Of a DNA stretch of 64,000 nucleotides, positions 1 through 10,154 are shown piece after piece. The position numbers were made by a program, and so were the translations under genes. The notes under the pieces were generated by a model. The model saw only the letters and a list, made by a program, of their open reading frames with translations. It had not been told where the DNA came from and did no database searches. Source of the DNA: an uncultured Spirochaetota bacterium (GTDB taxonomy: Bacteria; Spirochaetota; UBA4802; UBA5550); assembly GCA_963827275.1 (NCBI GenBank), contig CAWHAA010000009.1, positions 104,923 to 168,922 of the forward strand. Direction: 5' to 3'. The stretch's first letter is position 1, and the number at the start of each line of letters is the position of its first letter.

Positions 1-230
1 CACCATTCAGGCCTGTTGGGCGAAAAAAGACCGACCCGATCGCCTTTTTTTACGCCTGCAGACAAAAGGAAATACGCGAGATTTTTAACTTTTTTATCCA
101 TCTCGTTCCAGGAGATGTCGACATACTGGCCCTTGATCTTGTCGCGATATGCGACGCAGGCGCGGTCGCCGTATTTTGCGACCTGCTCCTGGAATACAGC
201 GGGTATTGTCGTGTTGGTTAGCGTGCTCAT
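1..230 (-). CDS. Long-chain fatty acid--CoA ligase (AMP-binding), N-terminal part, runs off the window edge
   Basis: Manual translation from ATG at 230 (GGGAGG SD upstream): MSTLTNTTIPAVFQEQVAKYGDRACVAYRDK...ISWNEM...LAYFLLSAGVKKGDRVGLFSPNRPEW, a typical acyl-CoA synthetase N-terminus. Not in the ORF track. Confidence 0.8.
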   Translation of the reverse strand, partial: MSTLTNTTIPAVFQEQVAKYGDRACVAYRDKIKGQYVDISWNEMDKKVKNLAYFLLSAGVKKGDRVGLFSPNRPEW

Positions 231-358
231 GGGACCTCCCTATTATATGTGTTATATAGTTACTAACATTACCGTATGCCGATTGCAGGGCATGCGGTAA
301 AATCAGAATCAAAATAGTGGTGTTCCGCGGGCAATCATGCCGCGCCCGCAGCAGGCGG

Positions 359-1513
359 TCAGCGCTCCAATCCCGGCAATGCCTTTTCGATAAAGCCGAA
401 TCCCGCTTCCCGTATCTGCGACTCATTTGTCTCAATGATGACGATGTCCCTGGAAAGGACGTCGCGTTCCCAGTTGACCCCGTCCCTGTCGATCATGCCC
501 TTGCGCTTGCCCGGATATGAGTAATCAGTGTTGAAGTAGTAATAAAAATTTATCCGTGAGCAGGTGTTGTTCATGTCAAGATAGTACAACATGTTCCAGC
601 AGAAGCTGGACCCGACGAGCAGGATGTCGGGCCGGTAGGCCCCGCTCCCCGAATCGGGGCCGGTGACGGGGTACCGGTACTCGGTGAAGAGTGACCTGGT
701 GAAGAGGATGTTGCCGAGCCGCGCGACGTCCTTGTCGAGCTCAATGGGCTCGCCGCTTACGATCGTCTGCTTTGACTCGATGCGCACCAGCCTCCTGCCG
801 AGAGCCTGCTCCATGCGGCCGATGAGCGCGGTTGCAAAGCGGTATCCCCCGTACAGGCTCCAGTGGGTCCCGCTGGAGGGGAAGAGGCCGGTTACCCCCT
901 GCTTTTTCAGGTCGAGGAACTGCGCCCTCCCGTCAACGACATTGACGCCGTACCGCTTGAGTATCGGCATGATGAGCTGGTAGATGTCCTTTTTGGCAAG
1001 GTTGCCGCGGAGGATGTATTTTTCAGGTATGTATTCCGGGTAAACGGTGGCCTTGCTCGGCGTGAGCACCAGCAGGAATTCGACATTGCGGCGCTTCAGG
1101 AGGTCCTGGAGCTTTTTTATTCCGGCCACCTTGTCCTCGAGGACACGCACGGGGGGCACGTCAAGCCTGTTGTAGACGTCGATATACTGCTCCTCGAACA
1201 GCTGCTTGTTTTTCCCGAGGATGATTTTACGGGGATGGCTCCGCGAAAATTCGTTGAACACAGAATAGTTGATCTGGTTGTCGGTCTTCACGAAGTAGCC
1301 CCTGAACCCGATGTTCTGCTTCAGCCATGTTTCGACCTTGTCCTGGAAGCGGCCGGTGACCAGGTCCCGGGGCGATGAAATTTCAGGCTGGGCTTTCTTC
1401 TCGGCGCCGCTCAGTATCATGTCCGGAAAGGGACGCAGATACGACTGGACCAGGACGATCGCGATGAAGATGTTTGCGGCTATGATGTATATGCGTTTGA
1501 GGTCCATTGTCAA
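359..1513 (-). CDS. AlgJ/AlgX-like SGNH O-acetyltransferase
   Basis: N-terminal TM segment, PSKATVYPE, GTHWS and VGSSF motifs; overlaps the upstream MBOAT gene. Confidence 0.75.
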   Translation of the reverse strand: MTMDLKRIYIIAANIFIAIVLVQSYLRPFPDMILSGAEKKAQPEISSPRDLVTGRFQDKVETWLKQNIGFRGYFVKTDNQINYSVFNEFSRSHPRKIILGKNKQLFEEQYIDVYNRLDVPPVRVLEDKVAGIKKLQDLLKRRNVEFLLVLTPSKATVYPEYIPEKYILRGNLAKKDIYQLIMPILKRYGVNVVDGRAQFLDLKKQGVTGLFPSSGTHWSLYGGYRFATALIGRMEQALGRRLVRIESKQTIVSGEPIELDKDVARLGNILFTRSLFTEYRYPVTGPDSGSGAYRPDILLVGSSFCWNMLYYLDMNNTCSRINFYYYFNTDYSYPGKRKGMIDRDGVNWERDVLSRDIVIIETNESQIREAGFGFIEKALPGLER

Positions 1514-2946
1514 AACCTGAAATAGATAAATGGGCTGAAGCTGTTATTTATCAGCGATATGAGCGACAGCACGAACAGCAGGCACGCCGCCGAAATTTTC
1601 AGCCTGGACATGCCGCGATCGCTGAGGCGCGATTTCAGCGCGGCGCCGAGCCTGTCCGCCGCCGGCTGCGGGAAGAAGCTGATAAGGCCGCACACCATCA
1701 GGACGAAAAGCTCCCTGTTGCCGATGAGGTCAGACCAGAGCACCGTTGACGGTATCGCGCCGATTGCGGTGACATCGAACATGCGGTGGATGTACAGCAC
1801 GGCGCCCGTCAGCGTTTCGGAACGGAAGAACACGTACCCGACCATCAGGAGGACAAAGAACAGCGCCATGTTGACGGCTGCCGGGAGCCGCTTCATTTTT
1901 TCAACCAGGAAGAGCCTGTCGAGGAACATGAACAGGCCGTTATATATGCCCCATACGATAAAGGTCCAGTTCGCGCCGTGCCAGAGGCCTGACACGATGA
2001 AAACGATCCAGAGGTTGCGGTATGTTTTTAAATTGCCGGCCCTGTTGCCCCCGAGCGGGATGTACAGGTATTCCCGGAACCAGTTGACCAGGGTGATGTG
2101 CCAGCGCTTCCAGTGCTCGGTGAAATTCAACGAATAGAAGGGCCGGTTGAAGTTTTCGGGAATGGTAAAGCCCAGCATGCGGCCTATGCCTATCGCCATG
2201 TCGGAATACCCCGAAAAATCGAAATAGAGCTGGAAGCTGTAGCAGGCGATCCCGAGCCAGGCGTATCCGACGGTAAGTGAGGATAGCTCCATGCTGAAGA
2301 TCGGGTTCGCCACGGCGCTCATCGGGTCGGCGAGGAGCACTTTTTTTGCCAGGCCGGTGAAGAAACGGATACTCCCCTCGTAAATGTCGTCAAGGGTGAA
2401 GGACGGTTTCGTGATCTGCTCCGCAATGGTATGGTAGCGGACGATCGGGCCCTGGGTCAGCTTGGGGAACATCGCGAGGTAGAGCGCATATTCGGTGAAG
2501 CTCCTGGCGGGCTCCACGCGGCCGTAGTAGATGTCCACCAGGTAGCTTATCTTGTGAAACGTGATAAACGAGATCCCCACGGGAAAGATCACCGAGGTCC
2601 AGGGGATCGCCGCGAGGTCGAAGAATGTCAGCGTCCTGTTCAGCTCCCCGATGAAGAAGTTCATGTACTTGAAATAAAAGAGCACGGCGATATTCACGAT
2701 GACCGAAGCGGCGAGCAGCGCTTGCCTGGCCCTCTGCCGGTCCGCGCCGTGGATCGCCTTCCCCAGGAGGAAGTCGAAGATGGTCCCGAGGAGAAGGACC
2801 GTCGCGCCGGTCGGGGATCCCCACAAATAAAAAGCGTAACTTGACGCCAGGAGGACCGGCACCCTGGCCTTCCCCGGGGCCAGGTAGAAAAGAATAAGCG
2901 CCAGCGGGAAGAAGTAGAAAAGGAATGTAATCGTACTGAAGCCCAT
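1510..2946 (-). CDS. MBOAT family O-acyltransferase (AlgI/DltB-like)
   Basis: PVGISFITF, QLYFDFSGYSDMAIG, HWKRWHITL, YLYIPLGG, GLWHGANWTF motifs and C-terminal FIYFRF. Confidence 0.92.
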   Translation of the reverse strand: MGFSTITFLFYFFPLALILFYLAPGKARVPVLLASSYAFYLWGSPTGATVLLLGTIFDFLLGKAIHGADRQRARQALLAASVIVNIAVLFYFKYMNFFIGELNRTLTFFDLAAIPWTSVIFPVGISFITFHKISYLVDIYYGRVEPARSFTEYALYLAMFPKLTQGPIVRYHTIAEQITKPSFTLDDIYEGSIRFFTGLAKKVLLADPMSAVANPIFSMELSSLTVGYAWLGIACYSFQLYFDFSGYSDMAIGIGRMLGFTIPENFNRPFYSLNFTEHWKRWHITLVNWFREYLYIPLGGNRAGNLKTYRNLWIVFIVSGLWHGANWTFIVWGIYNGLFMFLDRLFLVEKMKRLPAAVNMALFFVLLMVGYVFFRSETLTGAVLYIHRMFDVTAIGAIPSTVLWSDLIGNRELFVLMVCGLISFFPQPAADRLGAALKSRLSDRGMSRLKISAACLLFVLSLISLINNSFSPFIYFRF

Positions 2947-2976
2947 GTTCTCTGGTGTCCCCTCTCCGCGGTCGCG

Positions 2977-3648
2977 CTATGCTTCGTTCTTCTTCTTTTC
3001 GATATTGCCGCTTATGTGCTCCACGAGGGAATCGATGCCTTCTCCCGTCTTTGCGCTCACGTGGAACACCCTGATCTTCGGGTTGACCTTCTTTAAATTG
3101 GCCATCATCTCCTCTACGCTGTAGTCGAGGTGCGGCAGGAGGTCGATCTTGTTCAGCACCATGGTGTCGGAGGTGTTGAACATGAGCGGGTATTTCGCCG
3201 GCTTGTCCTCGCCCTCGGTGACGCTGAGCACCACGATGCGCTCGTCGTCGCCCAGCTGGAATTCGGCGGGGCATACCAGGTTCCCGATGTTCTCGATGAT
3301 GACCAGGTCAAGCGTGTCCAGGTCGAACTGCTCGAGGCATCGCTTGATCCAGGAGCTTTCGAGGTGGCAGTCGCCGCCGAAACGGTCGGTCTCGATCTGG
3401 AAGATGGGTATGTTGTGCTTCGCAAGGCGCTCGGCGTCCTTGGTGGTCTTGATGTCGCCTTCTATGACCGCGATCCGGTATTTTTTCTTGAGTGCCCCGA
3501 TCAGCCGGTCGCTCAGCGCGGTCTTGCCGGACCCGGGCGAGCTCATCATGTCGATCATGTATATTTTTTTTTCCCTGAGGAGCGACCTGACTTCGGCGGC
3601 GGCATTTTTATTCAATTCAAGTATGTCTTTCAGTATCTTGATTTCCAT
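2977..3648 (-). CDS. hypB: Hydrogenase nickel-incorporation GTPase
   Basis: SSPGSGKT, IEGD, CHL, ENIGNLVCPAEF, EGEDKP, NKIDL and SAKTGEG motifs. Confidence 0.95.
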   Translation of the reverse strand: MEIKILKDILELNKNAAAEVRSLLREKKIYMIDMMSSPGSGKTALSDRLIGALKKKYRIAVIEGDIKTTKDAERLAKHNIPIFQIETDRFGGDCHLESSWIKRCLEQFDLDTLDLVIIENIGNLVCPAEFQLGDDERIVVLSVTEGEDKPAKYPLMFNTSDTMVLNKIDLLPHLDYSVEEMMANLKKVNPKIRVFHVSAKTGEGIDSLVEHISGNIEKKKNEA

Positions 3649-3828
3649 GTAGAGGCTCCTGTTGCATCCGGACGCTTGATCGTATCATTTGTATAAATGC
3701 GTGCAAAACTGTCCATAATTTTTTTAATCCGCACCCCTTCCCGGCGGGCTGAACCCCCTGTAAAAATGTATTGACGAAATATCAATCACGCGGAGTACCA
3801 TTTGTTACTTTAACATCGGAAAGCCTGC

Positions 3829-4746
3829 ATGAAAAAACTGATAGTGACCTCCCTCCTCGTATCCGGCGCAGTATTTTACAGCGCCGGGGCCGGATATGCC
3901 GCCTCGAAAGCTGCCGGGCCGGAGCGCGCCGCCCAGCCTGCGGCCGGCGCCCGGGCGGAGAAGACGGGACCGGCCGACCAGGGGCCGGCGACCGGGGATG
4001 ATGCCGCGGAGTGGATGGACCCCGACAGCGAAAAGAGCGCCGGCCTGGAGAGGAAGAGTGACGGCGAGGCCGACCCGGCGCCCTCCCGGAAGGAATACGT
4101 CTCAATCAGAAAAAAACGGAAGCCGTTTGAATTCCACATGGGCTTCAGCCTCGGTGCGCAGGGATACGGGGCCTTCGGTCCCCGGCGCGCGGTCACCGAA
4201 CGGTACCGGTACCGCTATGAAAAAGGCTCGTTCAACCTGGGGTTCCGCGGCGGGGTAGAGGCGTATTTTTTCATCATGAAGCGGCATTGCCTCTCGGCCG
4301 GCTTCTTTTATGAACAGCGGAAAATCCAGGTCAAGATCGTCGACCTTGCGCTGATGGCCGCTGTCCTGAACGGGGTGCCGCCGGCGCTCCTCTACTTCAT
4401 GCCGCTGGAGCAGCGGATCGACAAATCGAACATCGATACGAATTACTTCGCGTTTCCGATTGCGTACCGCTTTTATATCCTGGACGAATTTTATACCGGC
4501 CTGAGCCTTGATCTTGCCGTCCCGTTCCAGGCGCGGGCGCGCTACGGCATCACCTTTTACGGCAGGAAGATGGATTTCAGGAAGGTGCTGCGGCCGGTGG
4601 ATTTCGGGGGCAGGCTGCTGTTCGGCTTCACCATGAACCGCGTTTTTCTCGAGATCGGCATCGGCTGCGGATTTATTGACCTTGACCGGATTGAAGGCGA
4701 ACGTCATCCCCTCAGTCTCACCGGCATGATGGGATACAGGATTTGA
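3829..4746 (+). CDS. Outer-membrane beta-barrel protein (PorT-like) with low-complexity N-terminal linker
   Basis: Signal peptide, alternating aromatic beta-strands, C-terminal GYRI. Confidence 0.55.
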   Translation: MKKLIVTSLLVSGAVFYSAGAGYAASKAAGPERAAQPAAGARAEKTGPADQGPATGDDAAEWMDPDSEKSAGLERKSDGEADPAPSRKEYVSIRKKRKPFEFHMGFSLGAQGYGAFGPRRAVTERYRYRYEKGSFNLGFRGGVEAYFFIMKRHCLSAGFFYEQRKIQVKIVDLALMAAVLNGVPPALLYFMPLEQRIDKSNIDTNYFAFPIAYRFYILDEFYTGLSLDLAVPFQARARYGITFYGRKMDFRKVLRPVDFGGRLLFGFTMNRVFLEIGIGCGFIDLDRIEGERHPLSLTGMMGYRI

Positions 4747-4837
4747 GCGCCCGTTTTCATGCCGTCATGATAATCTTCATCTGCGGGCGGGACACGGGCC
4801 GGCTGACCATCTCCCGGCCGCCGCATTCGTAACAACA

Positions 4838-7120
4838 ATGAAAAAGTCGATTGATATCAGGATAAAAGGCATTGTGCAGGGGGTCGGGTTCCGCCCCTTC
4901 GTGTATAACCATGCCCTGGCCCACAAGATACGCGGGAGCGTGCTCAACGACACGGAGGGGGTTATTATCCATGCCGAGGGGGAGCCGGCGGACGCTGGAG
5001 CGTTTCCTGGAAACTCTGCCGCAGGCGGCGCCGCCGCTGGCGATGATCATGTCGGTCCGGGAGACCGAATCGGCCGTCACCGGATGCGACGGCTTTTCCA
5101 TCGGGCCGAGCAGGATATCCGCGCGAGCGTCTCGCGTTCTACTCGCCCGATGTGGCCGTGTGCGACAGCTGCCTGGCGGAGTTCTTTGACCCGGCGGACC
5201 GCAGGCACCATTATCCCTTCATTACCTGCATCAACTGCGGGCCGCGCTTCAGCATCGTGCGCGATATCCCCTATGACCGGGCCAACACCTCGATGGACCC
5301 GTTTCCGATGTGCGACCGGTGCAGGGCGGAATACGGCGACCACGCGGACCGGCGCTTTCATTCCCAGCCCAACGCCTGCCCGGTGTGCGGGCCCCGCATA
5401 TCGCTCTATACCGCCGCGGGGGACCCGGTCACCTCGGATTCCGAGTACCGCGGCGCGGATGACCGTTGACCTTCTGAAACAGGGGGCCATCATTGCCATC
5501 AAGGGTATCGGCGGGTACCACCTTGCCGTGGACGCGCGGAATGACGCGCGCCGTCATTGAGCTCCGGAAGAGGAAAACGGCGGCCTTTCAAGCCCTTCGC
5601 CGTCATGGCCGGGAGCATCGACGAGGCGGAGCGCTTCCTCGAAATCGGCCCTGCCGAGCGCGACCTCCTTCTCTCGCAAGGAGCGGCCCATCGTGCTCAT
5701 GAGAGAGACGCGCGCCGGCCCTGAGCCGGCAGGTGGCGCCGGGCCTGACCTACACCGGGCTGATGCTGCCCTGTACGCCCGTTCCAGCACCACCTCTTTT
5801 CACTTGATCCCGCCATGGTGCTGGTCATGACCAGCGGCAACGTGTCGGATGAGCCGATCGAGTACCGCGACGACACCGTGTTCGAGCGGCTCGGACGCAT
5901 CGCCGATTACTTCGTCACCTATAACCGGGAGATCATAGGGCAGGGCGACGACAGCGTCCTGTACGTGGTGGACGAACAGCCGTTTTTCATCCGCCGGTCG
6001 CGCGGGCTACATCCCGGTCCCCTTCCTCTCCGGCGAAACGCGCCCGCCCATCCTCGCCGCGGGCGGCGATCTGAAGAACAGCTTCGCCGTGGCGCGCGCG
6101 GAGCTTCATCATCATGAGCCAGTACCTGGGCGACATGGCTGACCCGCTCACCTACGAGGTTTTCAGCGAAGACGGTGGACCACTTTATCAGAATGTTCGA
6201 CGCGGACCCGGAGGTGGTCGTGTCGGACATGCACCCGGCGTACCTCACCCGGCAGTACGCGGAGGAGCTGGCGGCGGGGGGCAAGCGCCTGATCGAGGTC
6301 CAGCACCATCACGCGCACATCGCCTCGGTCATGGAGGAGCACGGCCTGGACGGCCCGGTCATCGGCATCGCCTTTGACGGCACCGGCTACGGCACGGACG
6401 GGACCCTCTGGGGGAGCGAATTCCTGGTCGCCGGCCGCGGCGGGTTCGAGCGGGCCGCCCACTTCTCGGATTTTCCCCTCCCCGGCGGCGAGAGCGCCAT
6501 ACAGGACGTGTGGAAGATCGGCCTCTCGCTGCTGTATCAGCGATACGGCGAAGCACTACCCGGTCATGGAGCGTGACGACGCGTCCGCCGGCGTTATCGA
6601 GATTATAAAGAAGAAGATCAACTCCCCCTTGACCTGCAGTATCGGGCGGATATTCGACGGCGTTGCGGCCATCCTTGGCCTGTCCCGCTCCGTAAGCGCG
6701 GAGGCGGAGGCGGCCCAGCTCCTGGAGGAGGCGGCCATGCGGGGCAGGGCCCCGGAGCGCACGTATATCATCCCCTTTGCCGATGACGGGCACGATAGTT
6801 ATCGGTACCGAGGACCTGGTCGGGTACGTCGTGTCCCTGCGTGAACGGGGCGTGCAGCGTCGAGGATGTCGCCGCGGCGTTTCACCAGGCGATCATCCAT
6901 ACCTCCGTGGCGGTGGCCCGCCGCTTAAGGGATAAAGACCGGCATTACGTCTGTTGCGCTGAGCGGCGGGGTATTTCATAACAGGCTCCTTCTGTCGGGC
7001 ATGATGCGCCTCCTCGGTGAGGCCGGTTTTACTGTTTATACCCATCGGGCCGTTCCCTGCAATGACGGCTGCATCGCCCTCGGGCAGGTCGTGGTGGCTA
7101 AAGATCTCTTAAATAGATAG
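4838..7120 (+). pseudogene. hypF: Carbamoyltransferase HypF, broken by many frameshifts (possibly assembly indels)
   Basis: Pieces in different frames: GIVQGVGFRPFVY (acylphosphatase domain), [22 protein letters not shown] zinc fingers, KGIGGYHL, VMTSGN, QHHHAH, AFDGTGYG, SIGRIFD, SGGVFHN and PCNDGCIALGQ; TAG at 7118-7120. Confidence 0.9.
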
Positions 7121-7438
7121 AATTATGATATGATGATCTGCTCTGACCCTATACCTGATAAATTATTCAATTATTAAAATTTGTAGATATATTTGTTGCT
7201 TTATCCGGGTGTTCATCCTGTAAAATTTTGATTATGATTAAAAAATTATCTTGTTTTTTTATGGTCTTCATTTGAAATATCCCAAAAAACAGTGATGAAT
7301 AATAACAATATTTAGTATAACAAAATATACTATAGCAATAAATAGTTATTCATTAAAACTGCTTAAAATTATACCAATATCTCAAGTGAATACTTTTTAA
7401 ACTAACAAAGAATAGTTTATAAACCAAGGAGTAAGCCA

Positions 7439-10141
7439 ATGGATGAAATCCAGCTAACCATTGACGGTAAGCAGGTGACCGGCAAAAAGGGCCAAACCAT
7501 ACTGGAGATTGCCAGAGAAAATAATATCGATATTCCATACCTGTGTTATCATCCGAGAATCAGCAAGACCGGCGCCTGCCGTATCTGCATAGTGCGTATA
7601 AACGAAGCGGCGCTCAAGACTTCCTGCACGGAACCTGCAACCAACGGTATGATCGTCGACACTGATGATGAAGAAATCCGGGACTTGCGCAGGAGTCTTC
7701 TCGGAATGCTTCTTGCCGAAGGTGATCACAATTGCCTCTATTGCGAGTGGAACGGTGAGTGCGAGTTACAGCGCCTGTGCCACCGCTATGATGTGCCCGA
7801 GCCGGCCGGGAACGTGCCGCGCAGGCAGCGGGCCGTCGATACGGTAACCAGCAAGGGCCTCCGCCGGAATGAAAACAGATGTGTCCTCTGCGGACGCTGC
7901 GTTAAGGCGTGCGGTGAAATCCAGATGAACAGCGTGTGGAACTTTACGGGCAGGGGATCGACGACCACGCTGACATCGGACATGTTCGCGAACCTCGGCG
8001 ATTCCAGCTGTGTCATGTGCGGCACCTGCGTACAGCTCTGCCCCACGGGCGCGCTTTCCTTCCAGCCCGTTCTGGGGAGGGGGCAGGCATGGGAATTGAA
8101 GAAAGAAACGAGCGTGTGCATCTACTGCGGCGTCGGGTGCCAGATCGACTTCTATACCAACAAGGAAGGGCAGCTCGTAAAGGCGATCGGCAATGAAAAT
8201 GGCCCCAATAAAGGGCATCTTTGCATCAAGGGCCGCTTCGGCTTTGATTTCGTGCAGAGCGACAAGCGTCTCACAAAGCCGCTGATAAAGAAAAACGGAA
8301 CATTCGAGGAGGCGAGCTGGGACGAAGCGCTCGGCCTGGTCGCCTCGAAACTTTCAGAGATAAAATCGAAGAGCGGCCCCGATTCAATCATGGCCTTCTC
8401 TTCAGCGAAGTGTACCAATGAAGAAAACTACCTGATGCAGAAATTCATGAGGGCGGTGATCGGGACAAACAACGTCGATCACTGCGCCCGATTGTGACAC
8501 AGCTCCACTGTCGCCGGTCTGGCGGCCACGCTCGGTTCAGGAGCAATGACGAATTCAATCAGGGAAATCCCGGTTTCTGAAGCGTTCCTCGTCATCGGGT
8601 CCAATACAACGGAAAACCATCCGGTGATAGGGTCCATGATAAAGAGGGAAGTCATCCTCAACAAGAAGAAGCTTGTTGTCGTTGATCCGAGAAAAATTGA
8701 ATTGGCAAAATACGCCGATGTATTCCTGCAGATCAAGCCGGGAACCAATATAGCCATCCTTAACGGGCTGGCGCATGTGATCCTTAAAGAAAACCTTTAC
8801 GACGCGGAATATGTCGCGGGCCGGTGCGAGGGTTTCGAGGATCTGAAAAAGACGCTTGAGAAATATACCCCCGAGCACGTTGCCGGGATCTGCGGCATCG
8901 ATGATCCCTCGCTGATCGTAAAGGCCGCGAGGATCCTCGCGGCAGCGAAGCCGATGGCCCTCTACTACTGCATGGGGATAACGCAGTTTAAATCCGGCGT
9001 CAACGGCGTCAAATGCTGCGCCAACCTCCAGATGCTCCTCGGGAACATCGGTGTCGCGGGAGGCGGCGTCAACCCGCTCCGCGGCCAGAGCAACGTGCAG
9101 GGCGCCTGCGACATGGGCGCGCTCAACGCGGTGTACCCCGCCTACCAGCCGGTAGGGAACGCGGACAACATGGCAAAATTCAAGAATGCGTGGAAGGCCG
9201 CCTTCGACCTGTCCATGAAGCCCGGCCTTACCATCGTCGAGTCGCTGAACGGCGCCATCGCCGGTGACGTGAAGGCCCTTTACGTGCTGGGTGAAAATCC
9301 GGTCATGTCCGATCCGAACCAGCACCATGTGATCGAAGCGCTTGAAAAGCTGGATTTCGTGGTGGTGCAGGACATCGTGATGACCGAAACCGCCCAGTAC
9401 GCCGACGTGGTCCTTCCCGGTTTTGCGTTCCTGGAAAAGGAAGGGACGGTCAGCAATACCGAGCGGCGCGTGCAGATGATGCACCGGGTGGTCGCGCCGG
9501 CGGGCGATTCGCGCGATGACTGGTGGATACTGACGGAGATCGCGAAAAAAATGGGCGCGCCGTGGGACTACAAGTCCGCCAGGGAAATATTCGAGGAGGT
9601 GCGCGCCGTGACGCCGTCGTACGCGGGCATCACCTACGAGCGCCTGGAAAAGGAGCTCATACAGTGGCCCTGCCCCAACGAGAGCCACCCGGGTACGCAG
9701 TTCCTCCACAGGGAGAAATTCTCCCGCGGGCTCGGCCTGATGAGCCCCATAGAATACACTCCGCCTGCCGAGGAAGTCGATCCCGATTATCCCGTGATAC
9801 TGACCACGGGCCGGATCCTGGAGCATTTCCACACCGGCACCATGAGCAGGAACTCGCGCATACTGGTTGAGACCGTGAACGAGAACTACGTCGAGCTCAA
9901 CCCGAACGACGCGAGCAATTACAACATCAAGGACGGTGAGCTTGTAGCGGTATCAACACGGAGGGGCAGCATACGGGTCAAGGCACGGGTAAGCGACCGG
10001 CCGAAGGCCAATGTGGCGTTTGTTCCCTTCCATTTTGTCGAGGCAGCGGCAAACAAGCTGACGATTGACGCCCTCGATCCGACATGCAAGATACCTGAAT
10101 ACAAGGTCTGTGCGTGTAAAATCGAAAAGGTCACCATCTAG
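7439..10141 (+). CDS. fdhA: Selenocysteine-containing Mo/W formate dehydrogenase alpha subunit (900 aa) with N-terminal NuoG-like Fe-S domains
   Basis: ORFs 7439-8497 and 8546-10141 are in one frame, joined across TGA 8495-8497 in the motif NNVDHCARL-U-HSSTVAGL. Contains [2Fe-2S], His-ligated and 2x[4Fe-4S] motifs, CIYCGVGC, PLRGQSNVQGACDMG and IPEYKVCA. Confidence 0.95.
8498..8526 (+). promoter_or_regulatory. Bacterial SECIS element
   Basis: Hairpin GTCGCC-GGTCT-GGCGGC (8510-8526) starting 12 nt after the UGA. The GGUCU loop matches the fdhF-type SECIS. Confidence 0.85.
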
Positions 10142-10154
10142 GCGGGGTAATGAA

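Noticed and set aside
7439..10141. Two separate fdh genes or a nonsense pseudogene
   Set aside because: The TGA lies at the catalytic Cys/Sec position, in frame, with a SECIS hairpin.
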